Shown one piece after another: positions 25,879 to 39,529 of a DNA stretch of 64,000 bases (positions are counted from its first letter, which is position 1; each line of letters begins with the position of its first letter). Under the pieces are notes generated by a model. That model did no database searches. It was not told where the DNA came from and saw only the letters and a program-made list of their open reading frames with translations. Source of the DNA: Blasia pusilla (lineage: Eukaryota); contig CM114271.1 of assembly GCA_050084515.1 (NCBI GenBank), positions 22,382,001 to 22,446,000 of the forward strand, written 5' to 3'. The position numbers and the translations under genes were made by a program.

Positions 25879-28184
25879 TTGTGTAAGAAAGTTGAATAAA
25901 TTTTATTCATTAGAGAAAATTTGAAATTTTCAATGTTCAAACATCATGAGTGAATATCTATATTATTATTGGAGAGTATCTTTTTATTTTGCTTTCACTT
26001 TTCCTTTTGACATGTCGTTTTTAATCAATAAAATCACTCGAATTCAATTATATATTTAGAATGAATCATTCAAAACTATACATAGCTCATACCACCAACT
26101 AGTGATATCTTATGATTAGTAAGAATCATATATGTTACATAATGATGTGTATACACACTCCTTGCTTTAAGGACACGTGGAAATGAGTTAGTAGGGACAA
26201 CAAGAGAACTTTTTGGTCAGGCCTCCGCAAAAGCAAATAAAAAGAAGTTATGATGGTTGTCCGCAAACACCCACCGCTTACTTCATCAGCTAAAACTTAC
26301 CCCTCCCAAAAAGGGTTACTTGAGTAGCCTCTTAGGGCACGCGGGCTACACACCACAGGCATATCATCCGCTACCATCGTAGATAGCGCGAGCCACGCAT
26401 CCATGTATGCATGGATGGCGCTTGCCATGGCCATGACGGACCACGGGCTGTGCGCGGCGCCGGAGCTGGGTCCCGAGGCTCGCGCTAATTTGGCCTCTCG
26501 TCGTGGGCACGGGGGAGGACTGAGGACTGTAGTGAGTGAGCGCTTCGTCGCCCGAGAGGAGTTCGTGGGAAGTGTGGAGAGAGAGAGAGTGAGGGCTTTG
26601 GTCGTGTACGTATACAGTAGAGAGAGAGAGGAGAGGAGAGGAGAGGAGAGGGTTCCGCCTGTCTCGGACAGCATTCTTCCTTCCTTGCTTTATTCAGTCG
26701 TTCATTCGCCTTCTTCAGCTTCAGTGGGACCTCATTGCCGCGCCGCGTCAATTCCACCCCACCTCCGCTTCCTCTGGTGAACTCTCTCATGCCCCTCTTC
26801 GGTCGCGCTTGAGAATAAATCATCTCTCTCTCTCTCTCGCCTTCTTGTGCTCTTGCGTGTTAGTGCTGGGATGGATGGAATGAATGGGAGAACTCAGTCG
26901 ATTTGTGGACTGTGTGTGTATCTGTGGGTGTGTGCGCGTGTGGAAGAATGAGCAGAAGACGGGCGGGGGTGGGGAGGGGAGGAGTGAGGCGGGGGCGCTC
27001 AAAATTCGTGGGCAGGGGGCAATGGGTTGGGTTGGTGAGTTCCGGGTGGTGCTGGGATCTGTGGAGTGGAATGCGCAGAAGCGCAGGCTTAGTGAGCTGA
27101 ATGGTGCCATGCAAGACTCGGCTCCGGCTCGTGCGAGCGAGGCGGACTAAGTTGCGCTGATTTCTTGACTTATTTCATTTTCTTTGAACCCCTGCCATTG
27201 CGGGCACCAGTACTTCTCCACCGCCGCTGGTTAAGTGGTTGTGAATCCCGAGGAAACGAATGTCTAGTTTTCTTGATGGTGGCAAGCGTAAAGGAAGGCA
27301 GCTGCTCTGAACGCAGATTCGCGTGGGAGGTAATTGGGAATCGAAGTGTGATCATTGAGTGCTCCACACCGAGTCTATGGTGTAGTTGTAGGCGTCTCTG
27401 TGACAAATGGCCATACGATGAAGTCAGTCGACGCTCGTGTGAAATGCTGATGCTGATTCCAACCTTCCCAGAAGTTGTGAAGAGAAATTTCATGTGGCTC
27501 AGATTATTGTGGTCAGCTCTCCCCTCCTACCCTGCGGGTAATTAACCTCGCTGCCAGCCAGGACCAGATGCAGCCTTCTGCCTTGCTGTTAGAGAAGATT
27601 GTGTGGGGCTCGTACCCGAGTCTGGAGAGATAGCCCCTCAATGTGTTATCCCCACCCGTCAAGAACTAACATGAAGGGAATGGACACACGTAGCAGCTAC
27701 AAGATGTGGACGGCTGATTTAAGACGTCTACATTCCAGAGATAACTTCTATCGTTCTTCTAGAACGGTTCGAGTGGGTCTTTTCTCCGAGCCCGGACAGC
27801 CCGGACAGCTCTTCAGTTTTTTATCCACTACCTCAAAAAGGGAGTGGACAAACTTTGCTACAAGACGCGGACGACTCTTGGATTGCGCTTTAGATGTCTG
27901 ACGGTTGACAGAGAGATTCTCTGCATTGAAAGTTTTCTCTTTCTGGTCAAACCAGTCTCCTCCCTTGGCTTACTACTCCCCTGGCAACCTTTCTAATCCA
28001 CTGAAGGTGTGCAAGAATATGAAGGGCAGAATTGTGCACATGTTTGTTCTCATGGTGATCCCATGAACGGTTTCGGGCTGTACAGTAATTTTACGTCTAG
28101 TTCTGGTTGCGCCTGAGTACGACTTGTGTGGGCATTTATGATGTGCAATTTTTTGGATCTTGATCTATCAGGGAGAAATTGAGA

Positions 28185-30152
28185 ATGTCCGCAGCAGGGA
28201 AGGGAACTGGTGCGGCGCCCAAAGGTGGCAATGACAAGGGCAAAGATGACACGATAGCGAAGGTCACAGGAGTGGTGATCGCCTCAGGAATTGCGTGGAG
28301 CTTGTACAAGTCCTTCCGCACCAGGAGTTCGGCAGAGAAGCCTGTGGAAATAGAGCAGATTGTTAGTGACCTCCTGAACGAGCACAGCACTGTGATGATA
28401 ATGAATTTGCAAATGCTTGGAATTGTCTGGATTTTTTGCATTTTTTGTGTCAGTGGTATATTTTCCTGTTTGTTTCTGGTGCAATCCGAGACACTAAACA
28501 GTCGCTTCCAACCATGATCAGACCATGATTGTGCTTGTGTGTATAAGTGCATGCTATTGTTACATTTTGGAAATGGGAGCACCTGGATATTTTCTCATGT
28601 GTTTCTGGTGCTAGTGAGGACTCTCCGAATATTTTTTGTCCAACCAACCTGAGACCATGATAGTACTGGTGTTTGGACGTCCATGCTCTGGGTTCATGCT
28701 GGAAATTGGAGGACGAATGAATGTGGCAGGATGCTGCAGGTGTTTCTGTGGAGGTGATGGTGGAAAAAGAAACAAACTAGTGTAATTACCAGAATGTGGA
28801 GTCGCTATATTCACTCCTCTATCTGGTTGTTTTTTCAGGAAAAGTCAGAGGACGTGACAGAAGTAATTGAGGAGGTTCTCGATGAAATGAAGGATAGGAA
28901 CCAGAGTTTCTTTGAGAAAGTTTCCAAGAGCAAGAAATCAAAGTCCAGACTTGACAAAGAATATGCCATCTGTAAGGGTGATACACTCTGGGGTATTTCA
29001 AGAAGATATGGGGTAAGTCTTGTAACTACCTCTGGCAGTAATCACATCAGTAGACCTAGATGAATGATTTCAGACTCATGGCTGCTGGGCCCAGCCCCTT
29101 TCTTGTAGATGCTCCCTCTGTTTTGTTGTTGCTTAAAGCAGATAATTGGTGCCCCTGTATCTCTAAACTGGTTGCCAGTCAAGTAGACCCTGATAATATA
29201 ATTATCAACAGCAGGTAGAAGAGAACCGTTGCATGAAAGACTCCCATTCTCTGAAAAAGGTCTGTAGAATCTCACTTGGATGTCACAGCATTCAACCAGA
29301 CCAGGAGATGTTCACAACCTAGACTCAGATTCCTGCTCGTTTTGGAATGAAGCTTGAAGACAAGGTTTAGCCAAGCTGAGAGAGGCCTATTCGAACCTTT
29401 TCAGCAGCTTGTGAAGTTTTTGGTCGATATTAGGCCAGAGGTTATCAAATCCTGAGGACACAATAAAAATTAAGAAACTACGAAGGAGGTACGTTTTAGA
29501 AATGCTCCATAATAAGCTTAATCCAGGGCCTTCTTAGAACAGCTGGAGTGGTAGGGAATATGGGGTCTTTCTGGATGTCTATCCGTTCAACAGGTTTGAT
29601 TACTTGTCCAGAATCCCAGCAGTGCACCTATAGGCATTGTACATACGGGCGCACTCAAATCATGTACGGAAAGGTCGGGCATCAGTCTTCCTGTCATCAA
29701 GTTCTTGGGGGTACCCTTGGCTGAAATTTTACTGCAAGCTCCATTCTTGGAGACCAGGAGTATTGACTAGGATTAGGTCCAGTCGAGTTGATAATGAACT
29801 TTTCTCAGGCCCTCAAGTAAAGCATGCAGCTAAGAGAGGTAATTAGGTGAATCATTTCCATCAGTAGCTGTCCCATCAGCCAGCAACAACAACCTCGTTG
29901 AGAGACCATCGATAAATGACAAAGTCTGCAAACACTAGCCTGGAAACTTCTGCTCTGGTGGCCTGTACTGGTCTTTATTGACACAGCCTTTGTTGACTTA
30001 GTCAGAGTTTACGGCCAAAGATATTAAAGATGGGATGTCTCATTTGAAGTTGCGTCTTCTTCCAGGTACCCATTGATGACTTGAAAGCATTGAATGGCAT
30101 TGGAGATGCTGACTACATCATCGCAGGGGACACTCTGGTTATCTCCAAATGA
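28185..30152 (+). CDS. Small LysM-domain protein with an N-terminal hydrophobic helix (145 aa; coding exons 28185-28361, 28839-29012, 30066-30152)
   Basis: GT-AG phase-0 introns give an intact ORF: MSAAGKG...IAKVTGVVIASGIAWSLYKSF...YAICKGDTLWGISRRYG|VPIDDLKALNGIGDADYIIAGDTLVISK*. The last ~45 aa form a canonical LysM domain. An acceptor at 28171 implies a 5' UTR intron. Confidence 0.92.
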
Positions 30153-31083
30153 AGTGATCCAAGACTTGGAGCAGAAATGAAGCTCAGTCCGTACCAGGGC
30201 GCTATATTGGGATAACATGTTGCTATCGTCTTGTGCCTTCTAACTTTTCTAGCAGCAGACAGCCCTCATTGGGTGCTAGAGTCAGGGGTACATCTGTATT
30301 GTTCTGTCCTTGGATACACTGGTTTAGTCTATGCAATATTTATTGTATACCCTAGTCTTGTCTGCAGGCTGATTTCTCTGCAGAAGTGTATGTAAATGGT
30401 CTGCTAAGCATGATGAAACCTGTTGTTTGGAGTGTGGTGAATAAAGCCGTGCCCACATAGCTTCACATAATGAGTTACCCCTGTGAGTGGGTGAAATGCT
30501 TAGTTTCTACACAACCATTTTTATGTTCTTAAAGAGTGGATGGAATCCATGCTATTTCCTCACAGCATCGATACGAGAAGGTGACCTGCTTTTAGGGTTC
30601 TGAGGACCTCTCAAATGCTGACTGACTGGAATTCATGCAAGATTTGGATTCCGTTTTTAAGGTTCTGAATCAATCCCCATGAACAGTGAGTACTGCCCTC
30701 CAGGACGCAATTGCACCTGGAGAAGTCAAAATCTAATCTCAGATTCCCTGAACCCTGATGTTGAGAACTGATGAAGGCGGTTGGTGAAGGCCTGGTAGCT
30801 AGCCAACTCCAGTTTGGATGTGGATTGAGGCCTATGTACCAAGGTACTACCAGGCTCACCAAATTTCTCTCATTGAATCTCAACCCTTGGTCACTTTTGC
30901 TCTCATATGGGCTTGACATGCACTTCTTGCCCGAAGTAACCAGATGCACTCATAAGTGGGTGACATTCTTGCGCAGTGTTTGGAATCGTACCTTCTACCC
31001 CACATCTGTTGTCTCTAGATTGTAAATCTGTTGAAGTGGTCTGGCCCATGCATCTTATCAGAGAGCACCTGACAGGATCGATG

Positions 31084-31196
31084 AATGAATGCCCATCTCT
31101 TTCCCACAACTTCCATGGCTGAATGAGTCTCCAATCTGTCAATGAATGCCCATCTCTTTCCCTCAACTTCCATGGCTGAATGAGTCTCAATCTGTC
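31084..31196. repeat. Tandem duplication of ~57 bp
   Basis: AATGAATGCCCATCTCTTTCCC...CAATCTGTC occurs twice. Confidence 0.9.
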
Positions 31197-32642
31197 GCTG
31201 TAACGATTGTTCAGTCCCATTCCTCTGCTCCTCCGAGCGTTCTGATGCCTCCCACATCGCAACTTCGTAACTCATTGCTCTCCACTTCACTTTCATTCCA
31301 AAATCTCAGCAGTGACTCCCTGCGCCATGCCCAAAGCCCAGTGGAATCCCCTAGCTCTGGCCAACCAGACATGGAATCACCCAAAGTCACGCAATGAATG
31401 CTTAACGTTATCTGATTGCTTTCAACTTTCATTGAAGTCACATCACTGAAGAAAGCAAACATGGACACTTCAGTCATCGAATTGAGATCGGTGTCCCTGA
31501 CTCCATTAACGGGAGATACCATTCAAATGATTATCATGAAGATTATGGGAGCGATCAGTTACTTCATCCAAGAAGTTATTAAAGAATTTTTTTTCTCCTC
31601 TTAACGAAAAGTTTTATTCTAACTAGAAAAAAGGAAGGAAATTAAAATTTTGGTTGGATAAAAATGTAGTGGGTCATGAATATGCGAATAATACATTGAA
31701 GAGTACTCGGGTGAAGTTCTACCATTCAATACTTCATTAGCATGTATGTGTTTCCTTATATCCTCGTAATTTTTTTATTTATTTAGCTCCCATTAATTGG
31801 GAAAGAGTTCCTTACAATCAATGAGATGATTTTCTATTTTCTAAACTAATATAATTCCATTCGTATATAATTTTCTGGCATGAAAATTATATGTGGAAAA
31901 TATCTCTTTCGTTAAACTAAGTTATGTTAAATTAATTTGTTACAAAATGTATACATGTGATCATGTCATAAGAGGAAATGATTTTCAAACTCCATCCTCT
32001 TTTTATTGAGAGAGTGGCAAATTAAAATCTGGATCCATTTCTCCCAAAAATTTTAATGTCATCCCTCCACTTTCATAATCGATGCTTCAGTTAACTGCAT
32101 AAAATTAAGTTAGAACTTCCAAGGAGAATAGAATAAAAACAAATAAAATTTAAAATAATCGTATCCAAAGTTTAAAACGTTATTAACCGTAATAAAAACT
32201 AACCATAATACTTGTAGATTATTTTCGAACGTGTAAGACAATCACTTCTTATGATGCTATTCCCTGACTCATTATTATTGTAATGAGGCGAAGCGCCGTC
32301 GCCGTCGCTCGGCGTTTGTGAGTTTCTTTATCTTTAACGGGGACCCACCGCTACAATAGCGCCTCCATACGGGACAGTTTAGGAGATTGTGTACCATCCT
32401 CTTCTCATTCTACTGGTCCTGCCACATGTCAAGATGCTACTGAAGATAACTTCCATTGGCCAATCAGGACGCTCGGTCTACCTCTATCCCTCTACGCGAT
32501 GACATGTCACTTAGTTCCCGTCCCTGCCACCTCTTACTTCCACTTGCTTCGTTATTCCGTTCGGAAAGTTTCGCCTCCATGCCATCACACCCATGCTGTG
32601 CCATCCAATGGTACAGCATGGCATCGGATGGTAGAGCATGAC

Positions 32643-32681
32643 ATGGTATGACGTGGTATGGTATGGTATGGTATGGTATGG
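32643..32681. repeat. (TATGG)n pentanucleotide repeat
   Basis: Run of ATGGT units. Confidence 0.85.
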
Positions 32682-35600
32682 GGCCCATCCTATCTAATTA
32701 CATATATCAAGAATCTTGTCACCACAATCTCATAGGAGGAACATTGTGCCCCATCTCTTCAACAAGTCTGGAATTTGAAAGGAGAATTAGTTATTATATT
32801 CGCGTGAAAGACACCCGGATAAGTTAGATAGTGAGAAAAACAACAACAAGTGAATGTAGAGGCCGTAACTATGACATGATGAGTTCATAGTTGAATTTTT
32901 TGATTATTAAACAAATAGGAAGAAATATTAAAATGAAAAGGGATATTGGAAAGTACATATAACACAAAAAGGGATGCATGTTTGTTTTAGTTCATGAGAA
33001 GTAATTGATAAGGCGTTTGTGCAGTACCTTTGGAAAAAAAAGGACTAAAGATGAGAAAATTTTGGGATTATGAGAAGAAAACGCTCGTAAAAAGAAGATA
33101 AAGGCTGATTTAAAAAATATGATGACCGCAAAACTAAAGAGAAGAACAAGGGTTTCATCACACTTATGTGTGATGGTCTATATTTAATCTAATACGTTGT
33201 ATGTTCAATCTACCATGGGAAATGCTAATAATGCACGTATATTTGAATCTCTCTTCATTTTTAAATTCTTGGATAATTTCTTCCATCACTCCACTTAATA
33301 GAAGTAGCACCATAAATGCTAGAGTACTAGCTCAAACATGTATTTCCTTCGACCATCATACCAAGATATACGTAATTTTCCATATTGTTGGTATGTTTTC
33401 ATGACGATCCTTACAAATCTTTGTTATTTACCTTGACCAAAACAAGGATCAACATGAAATAAGGGTAGTTAATATCTTGGGAGCATGGGGGAGTTTCATA
33501 AAGGTTGGATATGCTCTGAGACATTTGTACGAAGTAGCAATTTAGATCGAAGTAAATTCTTAGATTGCTAATTGACCTTTAGATAATGGTGATAAAACAT
33601 GGCTATCCATTATCGGCTCTTTAGAACTATTAAAAGTGTAAGAGATTATCCTAGTAAAGTCTAGTTATCCACTTGCAAGTCCACTTGTAATCCTCCAAAA
33701 AACACCCCCAAAAATGTAGGATATTCTAAGAAATCCTCATTATTTTTTACTAGAGGGCTTCAAGTGCCTAGAAAGAATACCCTAAAGAATTTACAAGAAT
33801 GCTAATAAATGTAGATATCCACTAGTAACCCTCTAAGAACAACATTTCCAAGAGTGAAAGATAATTATTATAAGATTACTTACATACTACGTGCCTCTTC
33901 AAAAAATAGTTTTAAGAGTACAAGATAACCCTAAAAATAATTGCTATAGAATAAAAAAAAACTCAAAAAAGTAACTTAATCTTAAGAAAACATAGTCATC
34001 AATCAATAGTCATATAGACATGGTATTCACATGACGGTAAGATAATCCTAATAAAAAAGAAACTCCTCCAAAATATCTTGTAAAAGAAACTCCTCCAAAA
34101 TTTAACATAATCATAAGAAAAAAATATACATACTAGAGACCCTCCTAAATGTGTAAGATAATTTTAATAAAGCGTAGCTTTCCACTTGCAAGAAATACTC
34201 TAAAACTTCTTTAATTGGATAACTAAAAAAAAACATATATAGCCTTGAATAACTCTCAACATCTAACATCTTCCATGATCATTTAAGGATGCTCATGAAG
34301 CACAAGAACTCACTTATACTCATCTTCAACTTGACTTGAATTAATACTTGATGTGAGCAAATGTAACAATGTAAGGATGTTGTAGACTATGACCTTTACT
34401 TCTTCTAGATTTACCGCAAAGAACTCCCAAACTTTAGATTTGCAAGAAAAATACTTAGGTTGAGTCCCAAAGACTCGACTGGTTGGGCGTTCTGTGGGTA
34501 GCTGAGAAACCGCTAAGTGCTAATTGGGCCTAGTCTCCCCTGTTGTGCGCATATACATCGCTACACAACATACATTGCTGTCACCAAACACACACAAAAA
34601 CACGCACGATCCCATGCTAAATTCATGGCATCCAAACAATGAGACAAGAAGTACCAAAATATCTCTAATAAAACAAGATCCAATCTCTCTCACAACACCA
34701 TAGTTCTCACATGTCTCTCTCAAAGTCAAACCAAACCCACTCTCCTAATGAGAGCCTTGGGTTACACTCACAAGGCAAAGGACCATAGCTCCGCTGCCTC
34801 GTGCCAAGAGGTTCAACAAAGAGAGAATGAGCTCTCAAGCTCTCTCTCCTTGAGGTATACCCCTCCCCTCCCCTAAGCTCTCTCCATGGTAAACTATGCT
34901 CCCAAGTCACCTCCTTGGCTCTTGACCTCATGTAGGAGGTCAAGGGCCATTTACCAAAAATAGAATTTTGCCCATTTACTCAAAATGATACTTACCTAAA
35001 ATAGTAAGTTCCTCAATATGGCTCCAAATGAGCTGAAATGAAGGGGAAACCTGCTCTCTCGGGTTTCCGGGGCCTCATCAGGTCATCCTTGATCTCCTGA
35101 GCATGTTCTCCACTACTCGAGAAGGTGATCTACTAGATCTCATTGATCTATTCTAAAAGACGTGACAACTGTCATGCGCGTACACATTGCTACACAAGAT
35201 ACATCGTTGTCACCAAACACGCACTTCTTGTCTCGTTGTTTGGATGCCATGAGTTAGCATGGCATCCAAAAAATGAGACAAGAATTACCAAAATATCTCA
35301 AATCGCCCCCCTAGATGGTGGTTAGGTCCCTCTAACTCTAGATAGCCATCTGTCCCTACCTACCATGACATACATCTCTCGGACACTACGAGCAAGAAGG
35401 CCGGGTTCTCATGTGGCCCCATCCTTAGTCGCCTTCTTGTCATCCATGTCACAGAAACAAGTTGGAATGTAGAACTACCTACTATATGTACATATGGGAC
35501 ACATCCATCGTCCCTGAGGAACCCTAGTGAGAAGTGGCGTCAAGCATGCCATATGCCATCCTCTCGAACATCCATCACAAACTAGCATAGTGGCTGCATC

Positions 35601-35975
35601 ATGGGCAGAACCACACAACATACATCGCAAGCATGCATGAACTACTACTAAGCTCGGATCAACTGTATTATCAATGTTTGGAAGGTGACACGCCGCACAG
35701 TTACGCACATGGTCCTTCCAAACCATACCATCGCGTCACTCCAATAAGAGACCACATGATGGCAAAACCTCACGCACTCTCAAGATGGTGCGCCCTGCAA
35801 TCACATCCAACGTCGTGGATGCCGTCTGTTGCAAGTAGACATAGTCTCCCTGATGAAACCTCCGGATAGTAGGTCAATAACCACCCCCCCGAATAGTCGC
35901 ATATCTCAACGTATCCCGATGTTGCACAATCGCCAAGTTCTCAAATGCCATGGGCATCACTCTCCAAACCCACTC

Positions 35976-36978
35976 TGTCGCGCCCCTACTCTCCTTGAAC
36001 GTCAATCTTTAGTGTTGCGGAAGCATACGTTCAGTAGGTCACGAACTCATCGCTGATCTGCACCCAAACACGCACTCTCGTTAGTCGGGTCTGGGCCAAC
36101 CAGCATTCCAACCCACCGAGTCCTCAACTCGGCGTCTCATCAAGCTCAACCTTCGTTAGTTCCTAGTTTCCAAAACATGGCAAGTCCTTCAAGACTTGGA
36201 ACAGACTTCCTGGTTAGTCCAGGGATCTGAAACGGCCCTTGCGCGCCTAGCGATCCCAACTGTTCAACGGTCCTCGGGTGAGTTCCGAACCGAGACCCAA
36301 GTAATTGAGTCGCGGGGTGGAATCCAAGAGGGATGTCTAAAATCGCCTCAATAGACTTGGTGCAGGTTTTCCAACCCAACCCCCAAACTCGTGTTCCGTT
36401 CCATGCCCTTGGGCCGCCCCGCGGCGCCCAAAGTGGGGTTTGGGTTCCAAGCACTCTCGGAGACCTTCCCCCTTACTAGTACTTCTGGGGTTCTCCAATA
36501 ACTCCTCCCCTTTGGGAAAAGAGGGTCGGGCCCTTCATTGTGGCCCTCAACCCGACTCCACTTACAGTCATTTTTGGGTTTTATCTCGGCCGTTGCTTAT
36601 GCGTTTGCAGCGATCTTTGGTGCGTTTGGACCGGCTCTCCATAAGCTTTCCAACGCACCCTTATTTGTTCCAAATACATCTAGGTGCTAAAATTTATGGC
36701 CATAAATACAGTCGGAAACTCTCAAACGCTAGTGGCGTTCCAAATCGAGATCTTTCCTTTGGCAACCCACTTCCTAGACTCGACTTCTTTCAAGTCTCAT
36801 TCCGCATTTGGTCCAGGTTTCTCAGTTGCGACCATAACATCTGAAACGCGACTCCTTGCTCGCATCTCGTCTCTTGTCTCCTCTTTGAGACAACTCCAAC
36901 GCGTAAACCATCTTAGCGTGAGCTCGCTAATGTTCCGATGTTCCGCTTGGCACTTGTTTGGTCATGAGGGTCGCGACA
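35976..36978. mobile_element. Solo LTR, family C (1003 bp), inserted in the integrase of copy 2
   Basis: Termini TGTCGCG...CGCGACA with 5-bp TSD CACTC (35971-35975 and 36979-36983). Confidence 0.95.
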
Positions 36979-39529
36979 CACTCAGCCCTCTAAGAATATG
37001 CTCGTATCCATACATCAGGGTCATCAAGGTTCGACACCTCACCAACATCTCGACGAATGGCCGCAGGTAAATCTGGCTCTCGGCCATAAAGTAGCAAGTA
37101 CGGTGAAAAAGACACTAAGGATGTCTGCTTGCTGAATCTAAATCCATCGCCAACCACGGAAATTGGAGATCCCAATCTCCTAGGTGACCTCTCTACAAGC
37201 CATGCTTGCGTAATCCTCTCTTCACCGTCCGTACAACCCTCTCCGCTAGTCCATCCGCCTCAAGATGATCTCGCGAAGTGGTGCGGTGGTCAATCAACGC
37301 TTGATCACACAAGGCCTGAAACTCCTCGCGAAACTCTGTACTATGGTTTGTCAACACCTCAGTTGGTGCACCGTAATGACTCAGCACTCCATCTAGGAAG
37401 GCATATGCTACTCCCTCACTTGCTTTGTCAGGCAATGCAACCAACTCTATCCACTTCGAGAAGTGCTCGACCATCACCAACACATAACGACTATGGTGCT
37501 CTGTGAAAGGCAAAGGTCCTGCAAAATCCAAACTCCATCTATAACGTAAACCCATGATCAAAAGTGGATGCAACTGTGGAGTCAAAGCATTGAACGATGC
37601 TCAGACTCGATCACACACCATGCAATTGGCAACAAACTGTTGAACGTCAGTCTGCATGCCCCACCACCAATATTGAATCTGGAGCAAGCTGTACATCCGC
37701 GTCACTAAAAAATGACCCAACTCCTCATGGGCATGACGCACCAAATGTGCTCTCTGCAAAAGTGAGGCACTACACACACTCTACCATCCTCCCACACTTG
37801 CAACACATGTGCCCCTCCCATCGAAACTGTCTGGCTTGCTGTAGGATCCGATCCCGCTCTCTAGCACCCATTGTGCTCGCAACGCTGCCAGTACAAAGGT
37901 ACTCCAAGGCCACACCATCATCGTGAATGTCTCCGCCAGCTGTCGTCTCCTCACCGGCCTTTGGATCTAAGGACTCTCCATCAGACCTCGCCATCGAAGT
38001 CTCAACAATTTGGCTCTCCATAGCCAACAAGCGTTGTTCGAGCGACTAGCGTAAGCCACCACTAACTCTCTACCATCATTGTCATGCAAGGTGAGCACAG
38101 CTCTAAGCCCCAACATGCTCCAGCCGATATGCAACTGGAAAGGACGCCCCTGATGGGTCTCCTCAATATGGGCACGGACGTCAATATGTCCTTCAGCATA
38201 TGAAATGATCTCTATTGCTCATCCCCCCAGTGCCACTCCTCATCCACCTTGGTCATCAAGGTTAGCGGCTTTGCAATCGAGCTGAAACCCTTGACGTACC
38301 GTCAATAGAAGTTTGCCAATCCCTTGAATGAACGAACTCGACTCACATCTGTAGGGTGTGGAATGTGTGAAATAGCCTCTACCTTTGTCTGTTGCACACC
38401 AAGGCGCCCACGGTATATTGTATGACCCAAGTACTCAATGTGGTCGTAGAAGAACTTGCACTTGCCTGGATGTAGCTTCAGCCCATGTAATTGCAATCAT
38501 TGAAATACCTCCTCTAGATGTCGCTCATGCTCCTTAACCGTGGTGCTAAAGACTACGATGTCATCAATATAACACCTAGCAAAATCCAGACTTGCCAAGA
38601 TCCTATCCATGACCCTCTGAAACTCAGCCGGGGCATTCTTTAACCTAAATGGTATGAACCGTCACTGGTACAAACAATCCTTTCCATGAGGATCGATGCC
38701 CCAAAATGCCGTCTTCTGCGTGTCCTCCAATCTGATAGGCAGCTGATGGTATCCGGCTCGCAAATCCAATGAACTAAAGACCTTTGCATGCCCTAATCGC
38801 ATCAAAGATCTCCTCAGGGCTGGGTATGGCATACCTATCGGACTTCGTGTGCCGATTGATAGGTCTGTAATCTCCACACATTCGCCTATCCATCTAGTTG
38901 CCATGCATATCCTTCTTGGCGGGCATGAGAGTGGCAGATGCATACTCTCCATGCGATATCTCCACTAGTCTTGCTCCAACCAAGTCTTGGCTCCTACTAT
39001 GAATCAGAGCCCTCTCCATGTCACTGTATTTGGAGGGTTGTCGAAAAATTGGCGTGTCACTCGACAACACAATACGGATCCTTGGACCCTTTAGCATACC
39101 AAAATCATGCATACTAAATGCAAAACAACTCCTATAACTCCTAAGGAACTAGTGTATCCGATGCCGCTCTCCTCCTGTCAACTTAGGGCCCTCATCTAGC
39201 TCCCAAGTCTCCATCGTGACTACGGTAGGACTCTTTGGCACGGATTTCGGTGGTTGCTATGGTGCAACCCCGTCTCGAAAAATAGAACCCTCATCTCCAC
39301 GTGCAATACCTGGAACCACGCTCGATGCTGTGGCTATCATCTCCTCGCGTATCTGAAAAACATCCCAAGAAGTCCAAGGGTGTCTCCCCCGATCACCCTT
39401 GGTGTGTCGCCCTCCTTTGGTCTCGCCCCCAACCACTGCCTCAACCATCTCGATAGGCATGGGGCTCACAAACGAAACTTTTGTCATCTGTTGCATCCTC
39501 AAATGACGTTGCTCAGCTACTCCTAAGCT

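Noticed and set aside
26297-27901. Several 80-126 aa ORFs upstream of the LysM gene
   Set aside because: Low-complexity GA/CT-rich promoter, UTR or intron sequence with overlapping ORFs on both strands and no recognisable domain.
32900-34500. AT-rich stretch as a possible decayed transposon
   Set aside because: I could not identify protein motifs, termini or a TSD by eye.
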